A stretch of 64,000 bases of DNA from Eledone cirrhosa (GCA_964016885.1 OZ024749.1:20708001-20772000); one strand, 5' to 3'; positions 41,364 to 53,864 are shown, counted from the stretch's first letter. Notes: generated by a model from the sequence alone, not told the origin. Numbers and translations are program-made.

Positions 41364-41645
41364 ATACGATATTAACAAATGGAAATTATATTTATAAAAC
41401 CATATTTATTTCATTATACATATTTCAAGGAGACCAAGTTAAATTATGGTGTGCTTTCGTCAGGTAAAATATAATATAGATCAGTTTTATAAATAAATAT
41501 TGACATACCCTTAAAGAATGCGACCATTTCTGTTGGAAGCTCCCGGATAGAACTATCCGGGAGCTTCCAACTTGGTGTCCTTGAAATATGTATAATGAAA
41601 TAAATATGGTTTTATAAATATAGTTTCCATTTGTTAATATCGTAT
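41364..41645. repeat. Inverted repeat (arms 41364-41440 / 41569-41645) with an internal perfect hairpin at 41532-41571
   Basis: Arms are reverse complements; internal GTTGGAAGCTCCCGGATAG-AA-CTATCCGGGAGCTTCCAAC. Confidence 0.88.
41403..41472 (-). ncRNA. Probable type I hammerhead ribozyme motif
   Basis: Minus strand UAUUUUAC-CUGACGA-AAG..ACCA...UGGU..CUU-GAAAU-AUGU-AUA-AUGAAAUA; imperfect stems. Confidence 0.55.
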
Positions 41646-41886
41646 ATATATATATATAATCACTGTGATATTGATACGGCTTATCAAGAGACCCCTCAGA
41701 AAAAAAGGACTGTTTCTTGACGCGTTCGTAGCAAGTGAGAATATCTCGAGAGGAGGAGGGAGAGATTAACACGTGATACAGTGGTCACAGAACGGCAGTA
41801 AAGTGGACAGTGAGCGAATAACGTATTTGTGAGAAAAAGCAGTTAGTACACTCCTGGGTTAACGCGACCATAAGGGAGTTTGGGAC

Positions 41887-42340
41887 TTGTTTCTACTTTT
41901 TAGCACAAGGCCAGCAATTACCCAGTGCATTACTGGTACTTTATTTTATCGACCCCGTAAGGATTAAAGGCAAAGTTAACCTCGGCGGGATTTGAACTCA
42001 GACCATAAAGGACCGTAACTCTTTGCTGCAAAGCATGGTGTCCGACTCTCTACCGATACTGCCAGAAATGCAAACACATATTCATATGTATATATGTGTC
42101 TGTGGTGTCCGCCTTAACAAGTTTTGCTCGATGGCAGAGTCAGTAGAGCGTTAGACGCCATGCTTTGCAGCATAGAGTTACGTCCCTTTACGGTCTGAGT
42201 TCAAATCCCGCCGAGGTTAACTTTGCCTTTCATTCTTACGGGGTCGATAAAATAAAGTACCAGTAATGTACTGCGGTCGATTTAATCGGCTTTCCCCTCC
42301 CCTTAAATTACTGGCCCTGTGCCTATACTAGAAATTCTTA
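41887..42340. mobile_element. Two head-to-head SINE family 1 copies (41887-42064 minus; 42128-42340 plus)
   Basis: Family 1 core present on both strands. Confidence 0.88.
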
Positions 42341-42639
42341 TATTATATACATATATAAAAGGCGGTGCATAAAACTGCATTGTTTTCATCACGTATGTTT
42401 GCTTAACCAGTTTCATACCGACCCACCCGAAACCACCTCTGTTTCTAAGAAACAAAACTATCCAATCTTTAAAGAGTTCCTTTATATATATTAGAGTTAC
42501 CTTGAAAGGAGATTGGTTGGGTTCCACCAGGTTTTAAAACGACCAACCCGAAACCACCTCTGCCTCTAAGAAACAAAAATTTCAGTAATTAAACAAAAAT
42601 ACCAGTATAGTTTTGGGGTTAATTCTCTCTCTCCCTCAG

Positions 42640-42715
<76 letters not shown>

Positions 42716-42776
42716 AAAGGTAAACAGAAATAACAACACAATAGTTGGTACAGTATATGGAAGGTATATATTAGGG

Positions 42777-42814
42777 TCTTAACGTTTCGGACGCGCTAGT
42801 CCTTCATCAGAAGA
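42777..42814 (-). ncRNA. Minimal type I hammerhead ribozyme motif
   Basis: Minus strand UCUU-CUGAUGA-A-GGAC(UAGCGC)GUCC-GAAAC-GUU-AAGA. Confidence 0.7.
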
Positions 42815-43358
42815 AAGAATGAGAAATAAAATAGATTGAGGGGACGGGCGGGATGGAATTGGAAAAAATGCCTGATAAAAATAACAGGCCCATATATATA
42901 TATATATATAATTCTCCCTGGTACTAGGCTTGATTCTTCTGTCTTCAGATCTTGAGAGAAGATGGGACCCCACCAGGTTTAAGATATCCAAGACCCGCCA
43001 TATTTCACTATGATGTTCCTCCACTCCATCAAGAGGTACAAGCCTATATATAGATACATTTAAATGAAAATCTTCGAAAATAATTTTATATAAGAACCAG
43101 ATGTTAACTGTTTTGATACCAACCTGCTGAAAAGTCACCCCAGCTTCTACGAACCCAAACCACCCATTTTAAAGGGTTCCTATTTAGATTAAAATCTTCC
43201 AACATAATTTTATATAAGAATTATATGTTAACACTTTTCCCACCATCCAACTAAAATCAATTCTAGTTCCGTGGAACAAAACTATCCATTTTAAAGGGCT
43301 TCTATTGAAATAAAAAATCTTCCAGCATTATTTTATATCAGAACTGCCAATCCACGTC

Positions 43359-43542
43359 GTGGATTGGCAGAGTCGGTAGAGCGTTAGACGCCATGCTTTG
43401 CAGCAAAGAGTTATGACACCTTTACGTTCTGAGTTCAAATCCCGCCGAGGTTAACTTTGCCTTTCATCCTTATGGGGTTGATAAAATAATATACCAGTAA
43501 TGCATTAGGTAATTCCTGGCTTTGTGCCAAAAGTAGAAACAA
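43359..43542 (+). mobile_element. SINE family 1 copy with ~18 bp target-site duplication
   Basis: Family 1 core; ATTATTTTATATCAGAACT on both sides (~43327 and ~43542). Confidence 0.85.
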
Positions 43543-43837
43543 TTATTTTATATCAGAACTATGTTAACTTACTGCCTTAGTTATGAAATAGTTAACAATT
43601 TTAGTAAACCCCTCAAAATGCTTCATTAACCCATTTGATACCAACACGCTGATGGTCGTCTTAGCTACTACGAACCCAAGCCATCCATTTTAAGGTGTTC
43701 CTATTTGAAATAAAACTTTCGATCATAATGCCATATACGGGCAATTTATTTCACCTTTTGATACCAACTCGCCTAAAACACTTCAGGTTCTATGAAACAA
43801 AACAATCCATTCTAAAGAGCTCTTATTTAAATTAAGT

Positions 43838-43960
43838 GAAGGCGCGTGGCAATTGCATTCGCAATTGTGAAATCACGAGTTTGATTCACGGACCGGGTGA
43901 TGAGTTATGTCCTTGAGCAAGACACTTTATTTCATCTTGCACTTACTACCTGGAGTTGCA
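43838..43960 (+). mobile_element. SINE family 2 fragment
   Basis: GAAGGCGCGTGGC..GAGTTTGATTCAC..TGTCCTTGAGCAAGACACTTTATTTCA. Confidence 0.7.
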
Positions 43961-44161
43961 ACCAATAGATAGTATCAGCAATCTAAAGACCGGTGTAAAA
44001 ATTGTTTCCTTGATCCGATTTGACGAGTTCCAGAAATTACATAGGGAGGTGGAGGGAGAATCATTTTAGTCATTTAAATACAGGCAGGCAGGCAAACAGG
44101 CAGACACACACAATGTTAAATTCACTTTCTATGTATTTTTTGGTGTCAAAATATCTGTTAC

Positions 44162-44269
<108 letters not shown>

Positions 44270-44360
44270 ATATATACACACACAAATATACATATATATC
44301 GATACCACAATTAACTTCAGCTGCTACTATTATATATATATATATACGTATGACTGTCTG

Positions 44361-44408
<48 letters not shown>

Positions 44409-44795
44409 TAACAGCTGGTGTTAATTGCAAAGTTGTTCTGGTTTTCAGACCACAACCAAACATGGCCTGGATTTCCCACATAGCCAAAGCATCGCACTAG
44501 AGAGGGGGGGGGGGGGTAGAGAGGAGGAGGAGAATAAAACTATCAATAGGTGAACAAAGCAAAGTGATCGATCTTCATACAGACTTTTTGAATTATTCCT
44601 TTCCTTTCCACACACCCCATTTCGATTCCAAGACCCCGTCTTCGTATTTCATGCGTACCTTTATGTCTTATACGCTGACCTGCTCATTACAGTTCTTTGC
44701 TGAGCTGCTTTTCAGTTAACTTTGGCAGAGCATCTTAAAGAAGATTACCTGATTGTCAAGCTTCTGTGTGAGTGCTCACGTCTTACAAGTATATA

Positions 44796-44975
44796 ATTGT
44801 TTCTACTTTTGGCAGAAGGCCAGCAATTTTAGGGGAGGGGAAAGTCGATTAAATCGACCTCGTAAGGATGAAAGGCAAAGCTAACCTTGACAGGATTTGA
44901 ACTGAGAACGTAAAGGTCCGTAACTCTATGCCGCGAAGCATGGTGTCCGACGCTCTACCAATTACTGCCAATCCA
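44796..44975 (-). mobile_element. SINE family 1 copy
   Basis: Reverse complement of family 1 head, core and tail. Confidence 0.8.
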
Positions 44976-45009
44976 TATATATAATAAAACATAATCAAGT
45001 GAGTCTTAG

Positions 45010-45275
45010 TCTTAGGTCCTCTCATACCCTGGGGGCATATTCAGCAATGGGTTTTCTCCATTTTACACGATCAGCTTCGGCATCTTCCGTAGTTTCCCAG
45101 TTCGGGCCAGTCCTCTAGAGATCTTTGAAAGTTGAGTGCCAGGTTTCCTTGGATCTCCCTTTTTCCCGCTTACCACCATCTCACTGCCACAGAGTACTCA
45201 GACATGCGCTAAATGTGTCCAGGCAGTTTTAGTCACCTTTCACCAATGGCGTCAGTCAGTAGCCTCTGTTCACTT
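45010..45275 (-). mobile_element. Degenerate RTE-type LINE 3' fragment
   Basis: Minus strand translates in pieces to ALWQ..GKREKGRSKETW..TFKDL, typical of RTE C-termini, followed by a short repeat tail. Confidence 0.5.
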
Positions 45276-45563
45276 CTCTTCAGCACCTCCACATAATCCG
45301 GTCTTGATTTTAGTGATTTTTAGGATTTTTCTTATGTGTCTTTGTTGGAAAACGTTGAGCGTCTTTAGAATTCTTTAGAATCAACATAGACGTGTATATA
45401 AATACCCCCCCCCCCCACACACACACACACACATACGAATACCCACACATCCAAGAGATGACAAAATGAAAAGACCAGCTTTTCATCGAAGAAATTTTTT
45501 TTTCGTTTCTACCCCTGCTCACTCTCCTCTATATTTCTGTTTCTTCTTTAATTTTTCATTCTA

Positions 45564-45599
45564 TTTTCTGATGAAGCGCTACCGTCCGAAACGTTAAAA
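45564..45599 (+). ncRNA. Degenerate minimal hammerhead motif
   Basis: UUUU-CUGAUGA-AGCGCUACCGUCC-GAAAC-GUU-AAAA; weak stem II. Confidence 0.45.
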
Positions 45600-45681
45600 C
45601 TTCCTACTATATTGTACTTCATTATCCGTTGGGTTTTCCGTCTATTTTTCGCATACATACACGCACACACACACACACATA

Positions 45682-45741
<60 letters not shown>

Positions 45742-45787
45742 CACGCACACGCACACACACATTATATATATATATATATATATATAT

Positions 45788-45855
<68 letters not shown>
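45788..45855. repeat. (TAG)n microsatellite
   Basis: Visible in sequence. Confidence 0.95.
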
Positions 45856-45915
45856 CAGATTAAAAGTTTAAGCAATGAACTACTGCTTTCACTCAAAGAG
45901 GGATCTTCTGAAACT
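45856..45915 (-). mobile_element. Diverged PLE-C family terminus with CAGAAGA-core hammerhead-like motif
   Basis: Homologous to 50833-50891. Confidence 0.65.
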
Positions 45916-46645
45916 GACACACATACATATGTATGTATCTATGCGGGTGTGTGTATGTCTGTGTCTGTATGTACGTACGTACGACCATCCAATAAAAAAA
46001 AATTTTCTGTGGAGTCAGAGACTCCTAGTCTTCATTAAGACATCTCTCTAGAAGGTCACTCTGATATAAAACCTGCAACTGCGTTTGCATCCAATGATGT
46101 AGACCAGTTCTTCTTTTTGGGAAAATGCATTCGATGTTCAGAGAGTGGGATTGACCCAGCGCAAAGCCTTTCCTCACTTAAAAAAGCTTCAAGCACAGAC
46201 AGACATCGCTTGATATGTGACATTTTTGCGATGCTTGGCATTGCTGACCATAGGCAAGTCCCTTGCAGGACTAAAAAGTCACGTCCGTGATGGCATTACT
46301 CGACGAGTTACAGCCATCATGTTTGTAAATATGTATGTATGTATGTATGTATGTATCTATGTATGTATGTATGTATGTATGTATGTATGTATGTATGTAT
46401 GTTCTTCTGGTTTTATAATTTCACAAATTTTTGCCAATAGAGAGAGAGTCGGTTTCTAACATAGGCACCAGACTCTCTCATTGGAATTTACACATCAACT
46501 AGGTAGATATGTATGTATGCATGTATGCATGTGTAGATATGGATGTTATTGAATGTATGGATATGTATGTTTTGAGTTGTATGTGTGCATGCGCATATGC
46601 TTTGTATCTGTACAAGTGTATATGCAGTTATTAGATGCAAAATTT

Positions 46646-46870
46646 TTAGAATGTTTTACATATTTTTACTGTTCCATTAATGGATTGTACTTGTAATTTC
46701 CTAACTAGTCGTGTTCTTTCTGTTTCTGTGAAGCCCAGCTTCTCAAGTTTTGTACTGAGGAAGTTACTAACATACCCCAATGCCCCAATAATCACAGGTA
46801 TAAATTTGAAGGTATAGTCAGGGTGGAGTATGTGAAGATTTCTCATTACTTCTGCTTAAATATTCTCCTT
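46646..46870 (-). mobile_element. R4/Dong-like (RLE) non-LTR retrotransposon C-terminal fragment
   Basis: ORF with FIPVIIGALG...RKLQVQSINGTVKICKTF, characteristic of the restriction-like endonuclease C-terminus. Confidence 0.65.
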
Positions 46871-46888
46871 TGTATGTATGTATGTATG

Positions 46889-47080
46889 ACGGGTCACTCT
46901 TAAGTGCTACTGGTAACATGTAACCCAGTACAACCTGTCGCATGGTCGGGTCGTCGGCGACTAAACCGGCAACCCCACCAAGTTTACTTGGTGAGGAGGG
47001 GGATTTTGGACTCCCTGCATGACAAAAACAAAACCTGACAAAAGGCAGAAGAACTCATAAGAGTCAATGGCCATCCAAAA
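46889..47080 (+). mobile_element. Dispersed repeat (probable LINE 5' region or SINE) in (TATG)n; second copy at 58148-58260
   Basis: Shared GGCAACCCCACCAAG..TTGGTGAGGAGGG..AAAAACAAAACCTG..AAGAGTCAATGGCCATCC. Confidence 0.6.
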
Positions 47081-47159
47081 ATGTGTAAAGATGTATATAC
47101 ATGTATGCATGTGTATGTGTATATGTGTATATATGTATATGTATATATATATGTATGTG

Positions 47160-47246
<87 letters not shown>

Positions 47247-47680
47247 GTGTATGCATGTGTATGTATATTCGCGGGGACATAGAAATAATCGGGCTGGATA
47301 TCCGATCGCGCAGTTAAACCACTGGGAGTGAAGGACCCCAAGCCTTTGTCAGGGCATTCTTCTAGGAGAATGCAACTCAGGAAACTGGGATAACTCCGAC
47401 ATAAAACCTGTGGCTCAGGTTGATCTTTTCTTCCTTTCGGGTTACAGCTACTGTCGCTCGGGGAGTGGCAGTCGCTCAGTGCACAGTCTTTCCTCACTTT
47501 AAAAACAAATCTTCCCGCACAGGCATTGCAGGATAGCATGTAATGGCCATACTTGATAACGAGGGGGCAGTCATCATGTATGTATGTATGTATGTATGTA
47601 TGTATGTATGTGTAGGTGTGTATGTATGTAAGTGTATGTGTGTATGTGTGTAAGTGTATGTGTGTATGTGTGTATGTGTG

Positions 47681-47711
<31 letters not shown>

Positions 47712-48271
47712 GTGTATGTGTGTATGTGTGTAAGTGTATGTGTGTATGTGTGTATGTATGTATGTATGTATGTATGTATGTATGTATGTATGTATGTATG
47801 TGTATGTGTGTATGTGTGTGCGTGTGTGTACAGCAATGAATGATGTCTGATGAGTTTAAATGTGACAGGTAACTAGAGACATCTACAGAAGTACAAGTCT
47901 GATAGTATTACCTTTAATTAACAGACGGTTCCTATATGGTTCCCATATGAACAGACACATATGATAGCAACTTCATTAGATTAATTAACCGGCCAGATTG
48001 CTAATTAATTATAAACTATGGTAATATAATCGCAGTTTAGTGGATACGTACTTTTAACAATTCGTGCCAAGTTCACGTCTCAAATTGTTACATCGGGTAC
48101 ATAGGGTATCTGAAATATTCTATCGGGTATATATATAACGCTCAAGTACATACATAGCTGTCAGATGTATATACATATCTATCAGTTATATAATTTTCAA
48201 GTATATATACACAGTTGTCGGTTATACATACATAACTATCAGGCACATGATTGTTTATATCTAGCTGTCGA

Positions 48272-48342
<71 letters not shown>

Positions 48343-48407
48343 AAAGTGAGGTTTTTTTTTCAAAAATGAAAAAAAAAACGAGGTGTCCTACACGAGTGAA
48401 AGTATAA

Positions 48408-48574
48408 GGAAAAAAGAAGAAATCGAAAATGCAACTGGAGTCTGTTTTTTACAAAAATATATAATTATATGAGATGGAGGGTTTGTGGTTTTTGAGAAAA
48501 ACCACAAACCCTCCATCTCAATTCTACTTTTGAAAAAAAGACTCCAGTTGCATTTTCGATTTCATCTTTTTTCC
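48408..48574. repeat. Imperfect hairpin with ~80 bp arms centred near 48495
   Basis: GAAATCGAAAATGCAACTGGAGTC / GACTCCAGTTGCATTTTCGATTTC and TGAGATGGAGGGTTTGTGGTTTT / AAAACCACAAACCCTCCATCTCA. Confidence 0.85.
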
Positions 48575-48630
48575 GAATATATATATTTTCGAAACAGCGA
48601 ATATTTTCGAAACAGTGCGCGGGTTTGAAA

Positions 48631-48864
48631 TTATTATAAATGTAAGCTATCGCCGTATTTTGACTAAAGAAATTAAAGAAATTACTTAGCCTGATAGTGG
48701 GGTTAAGAACCCTCGGAGAAATGGAAAAAGATGAGTATTGACGTGCATGTACGTCAATACTCATCTTTTTCCATTTCTCTGAGGGTTCTTAACCCCACTA
48801 TCAGGCTAAGTAATTTCTTTAATTTCTTTAGTCAAAATACGGCGATAGCTTACATTTATAATAA
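48631..48864. repeat. Near-perfect palindrome with ~117 bp arms and no spacer (centre 48747/48748)
   Basis: Arms are reverse complements with about 2 mismatches; mirrored ORFs appear in the ORF track. Confidence 0.92.
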
Positions 48865-49038
48865 TAATAATAATATATATATATATATATATTGTTATAC
48901 TTTGGGAGGGTCATGTTGCCAATAAGAAACACACGCACCAGTTGCTTTCACTTCAATTTATTATATATTTATAAATTTACAAATTTATAAATTTCTGGTT
49001 GGTTGGTTGGTTCCACAACCAGATAGTTGTTTATATAT

Positions 49039-49083
49039 AGTCATAGTTCTTTCGTCACACACTCTGTGACCTCTTCAGTGACT
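49039..49083 (-). ncRNA. Type I hammerhead ribozyme motif in the PLE-A 3' terminus
   Basis: Minus strand AGUCA-CUGAAGA-GGUCACA(GAGUG)UGUGAC-GAAAG-AA-CUA-UGACU; same sense as the ORF. Confidence 0.8.
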
Positions 49084-49281
49084 GGGGATTCCTTTCTTTG
49101 TTTCTGTGCCTCTCCTTTGTTCTGTCCTACGCCATTTTGTTTCTGTGTGTGTGTTGTGTGCTCAGTCTGCGCATGCCCCACATCCGGGTGTCTGTGTGTT
49201 TATGTTCATTTATCTATTTGTTTATTTACATGTTACTGGTTGGTTGTTTGTTCTATGTGTGTGTGTGTTTTCATTTTGTCC

Positions 49282-50007
49282 TTAATCGTAAGTTGTGATG
49301 TTGCTGTTCCACTCATATTTTCTATTTAATTTTGGTTGTAATTCTTTTATGTTTATTGCCTCTGTAATTTGTCTAAACATTGCGTCTTTTCTGTGTGTAG
49401 ATTCTATTTTTATTTCTATGTTCTCTAATTTACCCTTGTGTTCTATCTTAGCATGTTGGTAGAGTACAGATGATTCTTTATTATCTTGAAGGTCTCGCCA
49501 GTGTTCATTTATGCGTTCCCCTACACTACGAGCTGTCTCACCTATGTACACTATATTTTTGTCTCTACATTGTCCTTCAGTACATCTTATGCTATACACT
49601 ACATTTCTGGTTTTACAGTTAATATGGGGGCTTATTTTACAGGTTACACATTTCTTATCTATACATGAGGGTCTTTGAAAAGGGTATGTCTTGCTAATAA
49701 GTGTTTTTACGGAGGTACCTGGTCTTTCTACTATCTTAATATTGAGTTTATGTTTATTTAGGACCCTTCTAAATTTGAAAGCTAGTTCACCTCTAGGGGT
49801 TGTATCGATGAACATTACACTCTGGTATTTATTGCTATCATACCATGAGTTTATTCTATTAGCCTTGTTCCTAGTTCTTTCTATTCTATTCCAAAATTTG
49901 CTCCTATACAAGGGGCAGGTCCCATTTATGTCATTATTTACCATTTTTTCCCATTTGGTTCTGGCTCCTCTATACACTCTGATAACTCCCCTTAGCCACA
50001 CACACAC
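49282..50007 (-). pseudogene. PLE ORF fragment: Cys-rich linker plus GIY-YIG endonuclease
   Basis: CIDKKCVTC...CKTRNVVYSIRC...VYIGETARSVGERINEH...RQITEAINI...LN; the RT domain is missing. Confidence 0.9.
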
Positions 50008-50010
50008 TTC

Positions 50011-50790
50011 CGGGTAGTATTCAATGTCGATTCTCGAAACGTAACAGCCTCCTGTATTGAACTAAAGAACATCAGACTACGATTCTCTAACTGGATTGTC
50101 AAACGCTCAATATCGAATTGTCGTGGATTATGTGAGGGGCATATAATCTGAAAAATACACTCCCCTGACTATGAAAATGTCGAAGTACATGAAGTCCATA
50201 ACATCCCTTCGCTGTGCATTTCCAATACTCTTAATATTTTTAATGCTTGCACTATTTTTAATGCTTATATCATTTCTCCACACACAGACTATAACAATCA
50301 TATAAAGAATTTGCCACCAGATCAACCAACCTAACACTCTTGTTTACCTACCTAAGTGCTTCTACTACACGTAACGCTCTGCCACACTACATAAACAAGA
50401 CGCACGTGCTTGCCACACATAACATTTGCACTATATAACCGCTTATTTTCATGTTGTATTTTAACCTGTATTTTTGATTTTTGATTGTACCTTTTAATAT
50501 GAATGTAATCTCTAAGTGTGTACTGCCACTCTAAATGCTGTAATGAATGTTGACCCACAATATTTGCATATGTATCTGTATGTCTCTTGGGTGAAAAGGA
50601 GGTCATATAACTGTCCATTCATTAATAAATTGCTCCGATGAATCCAAACCTCGGTTTGGAGGAAACAGTTGTAAGCACAAACATGTTTTGAACAGTTCTT
50701 TGATTCTTATATTTCATATAACTGCTCTGTAAATTATCTGATGTTTTTACATTGAGCTACTTAACTTACTGGTAATAAGGTAGTAATATA
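50011..50790 (+). mobile_element. PLE-B: degenerate Penelope-like 3' fragment
   Basis: Broken frame containing HSPDYENVEV, resembling a GIY-YIG C-terminal part, followed by AATAAA and a hammerhead motif, ending at TA repeats. Confidence 0.55.
50630..50677 (+). ncRNA. Hammerhead motif with CCGAUGA (U4C) core
   Basis: UGCU-CCGAUGA-AUCCAAACC(UC)GGUUUGGAG-GAAAC-AGUU-GUA-AGCA. Confidence 0.65.
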
Positions 50791-50840
50791 TTATATATAT
50801 CTATATATACATATATATATATATTAAAGAAACAGATTAA

Positions 50841-50891
50841 AGTTTAAGCAAAGAATCGCTGCTTTCACCCTTAACGGGATCTTCTGAAACT
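50841..50891 (-). ncRNA. Hammerhead-like motif with CAGAAGA (U4A) core
   Basis: Minus strand AGUUU-CAGAAGA-UCCC(GUUAA)GGGU-GAA-AGCA(9 nt)UGCU-U-AAACU. Confidence 0.55.
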
Positions 50892-51820
50892 AACAAAGTC
50901 AATCTGTAAACTCAGAACTGGATATTTCAAAAAACGTTACAACCGGAGGAAGACAGGAAGACGATACTTTGGTTCGTGGAAAACGTTCGGTGGCAAAGAA
51001 CGGGAAAAAACGAATAATACGTCATTAATAGGAGCGGTGAAAAACAATTACGCGCAAAGACAGAACCACGTTTATGGTATAATAGAGGTCGTAGACTAAT
51101 GTTCTCTTAGGTGGTGCATAGAGACGTTCTCTGGCAATGAACGAAAAAACAAAGATAATAAGTCATATGTGGAGCGTGGAGAACAATAGCACGCAAAGAC
51201 AAAACCACGTAAATGGTATAGCAGAAGTCGTAGACTAAAATTCTAACTAGGAGACCAAATGAATCTCCGCTACAGAGTTAAGAACAAAGTAAATAAATAC
51301 AATACAGAAGTAATAGAAACAAATAAATACATACACGCAAACAGATACGTACATACACAAGCATGCGCAAAACCTTACCATAGGTATACAAAACCACGCA
51401 CATATAAATATGTGTGTGTGTGTATGCTTGTGTACAAATAAATAAATAATTATATAAACGTATATAAGTAAATAAATACGTATATAACAAGCGCACACAC
51501 ATACCTACATATAAATACACGAATGTTCGGAGACGTAAGTCAACTAAAACAAGAAGTACACATATACACACACCCACCATACGTACGAACCTGCATACTC
51601 ACGCAGACGCAAAACTCCCGTATACATATAGCCAAACCCTAGATACCAGAATATGTAAAAATTATACGCCATAACAGTCAAATATACGTACGAGAAGGTA
51701 TACATACCTTCACAAAACATACGGGTAATATATACTTACCTATGCAAATAAGTAAAGGAATAAACAAAACATATACTTAGCTCCCACATCAAGACGTAAA
51801 ATATCCACGTATAGATCGTG

Positions 51821-52918
51821 CTATCCGTTAGGGTATAACGTGGGGCTGTAATACAGGAAAGTTTTGTGCAATTTATGTTTACAAGCCGAAATTGCCTCAG
51901 ATTTTTTGTTTAAGATGTGGTCTGTGGCGTAGAGTATTTCCAGGGCCTGAGCGGCGCAGAGGTCACATGGTCTTTTATTTCCGTTATACGATCTAGCCCT
52001 AGCTAGGATCTCCCAGTGTAACTTATATTGGGTGTGGTTCTCTTTTAGACTCCAGATATAAGCTGAAAGTGACGTCATATTCCTTCTTAGAGGGTAACGA
52101 AAAGAATGAGTATGCATGTAAAGACGCTGCTTGAAACTATTGGCGGTTAACCCTATGTAGGCCCTACGGGACGTGGGTGTTACAACCTTACATTTGTAGA
52201 CAATGTTACTAGAGAGGCATTTCCCGGATAGGGGGCAATCAACCCGATTCCTACAATTACAGTCAGTACTAACTACAGGGTTGCACGTGTTCCTACGGCT
52301 AGGTAGTTTAGCTAAATTTGAAGCTGTGATGTTATGTGCAAGGTTAGGTGTCGTAGAGTAAGAAATTTTAATAGTATTTCTATTAAAAATGTTACTATAT
52401 TTATGTGTAGGGGGAAAATGCTTCGTAATAATGGAAAGAAAGATCTTAGCTAATGGTGTGGCCACCTCCATATTATATGGTGGGTTAAACCAACAAATGC
52501 GACGGGATCTATTTCTTCTAGGTCTATTTTCGTACTCTGTATATGCTACCTTATCGTCAAATCCACTTCGAGCAAGAGCTTCATTGTAATAAGTGGAATG
52601 GTCGTTGAAAATGCGCTCGTTGGTGGAAAGACGGGAAAGCCTCAACGAAACGTTTCTTACCAGGTTCTTGGTTATGCTGGCAGGATGGTTGGAATGCTTA
52701 CTTATGTAATTAAGCGTATCATTCGGCTTTCTATACGGGTAATACAACCCATTCAATAAATTGAGGGTAACGTCGAGGTAATTAACGACCAAGAGATTGG
52801 CCTCAACCTGTATAGAGAGGTTGAAGCCTTTAAAGAGGGCTGTGAGTTCTTTTCTGAACCTGTCGCAAGCACGAGGTCCGCACTTAGTCATGGTCAAAAG
52901 ACCATCGTCACGGTACAA
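51821..52918 (-). pseudogene. PLE ORF fragment: RT C-terminal half plus GIY-YIG endonuclease (365 aa open, 5'-truncated)
   Basis: YRDDGL catalytic motif, NYLDVTL, YRKP..SNHP thumb, CNCR..CPL..KC linker, IVYKC...AYIGLTANSFKQR endonuclease. Confidence 0.93.
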
Positions 52919-53013
52919 ACCACCGCCCGCGTTTGCTCTACGGTTCTTATATATTTGATATATATTTTCTTTATCGAGCCCTCTTTGATTTTAGTCTTCA
53001 ATTTTATTATTAT

Positions 53014-53302
<289 letters not shown>

Positions 53303-53318
53303 TAATATATATATATAT

Positions 53319-53422
53319 GGCTCGATAAGGATGAATATATATCAAATATATAAGAACCGTAGAGCAAATATCTATTAAAATGACATTAAAGTTTAAGCAA
53401 AGAATCGCTGCTTTCACCCTTA
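53319..53422 (-). mobile_element. Further PLE-C terminus fragment
   Basis: Matches 40662-40766. Confidence 0.8.
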
Positions 53423-53453
53423 TATATATATATCGCTCTCTGTATATATATAT

Positions 53454-53534
53454 ATTACCCACTCTACTACCAAAAGTTTCGAGTACTCTGGTGCCTTATG
53501 GTCCACCTGGTTCCTTACCACACTTCCTTCGTTA
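53454..53534 (+). mobile_element. Isolated tail of the 38922/63284 hairpin element family
   Basis: ATTACCCACTCTACTACC...CCTTCGTTA between (TA)n tracts. Confidence 0.8.
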
Positions 53535-53607
53535 TATATATATATATGTATATATATATTTATATATATGTATGTATATATATATATGTATGTATATATA
53601 TATATAT

Positions 53608-53790
53608 GGACATGCTCACCGACATTCAGAGTTGACACTACACTCAGTGCTCCTGTGGGAGCCCCTACCCTACACTGGCACACTAGAAGAAGGTGACCGA
53701 AGTTGACAAATATTGATGCCCTAAGGACAGACACTGGTCTCTTGGAGACGCTGGACATAGCGGCAATGATGGACAGAGACCGCTGGATCT
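53608..53790 (+). mobile_element. RTE-type LINE 3' fragment
   Basis: GHAHRHSELTLHSVLLWEP; homologous to 56640-56815. Confidence 0.7.
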
Positions 53791-53864
53791 CGGGAATTTT
53801 ACCCGCCCTAGATATATATATTTGTATTAGTGCTCCGGCATAAATGTAAGTATTGTATATTAAA

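Larger units (their letters stand above)
42400..43830 (+). repeat. Interrupted, diverged ~120 bp repeat family (copies near 42403, 42530, 43104, 43227, 43626, 43755)
   Basis: Recurrent TTAAC..TTTGATACCAAC...GAA(C/A)CAAA.C.ATCCATTTTAAAGGG.TCCTATTT. Confidence 0.65.
48891..50010 (-). mobile_element. PLE-A: 5'-truncated Penelope-like element (possibly Naiad-like)
   Basis: GIY-YIG ORF followed by a 3' terminal region with a hammerhead, ending at (TA)n. Confidence 0.88.
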
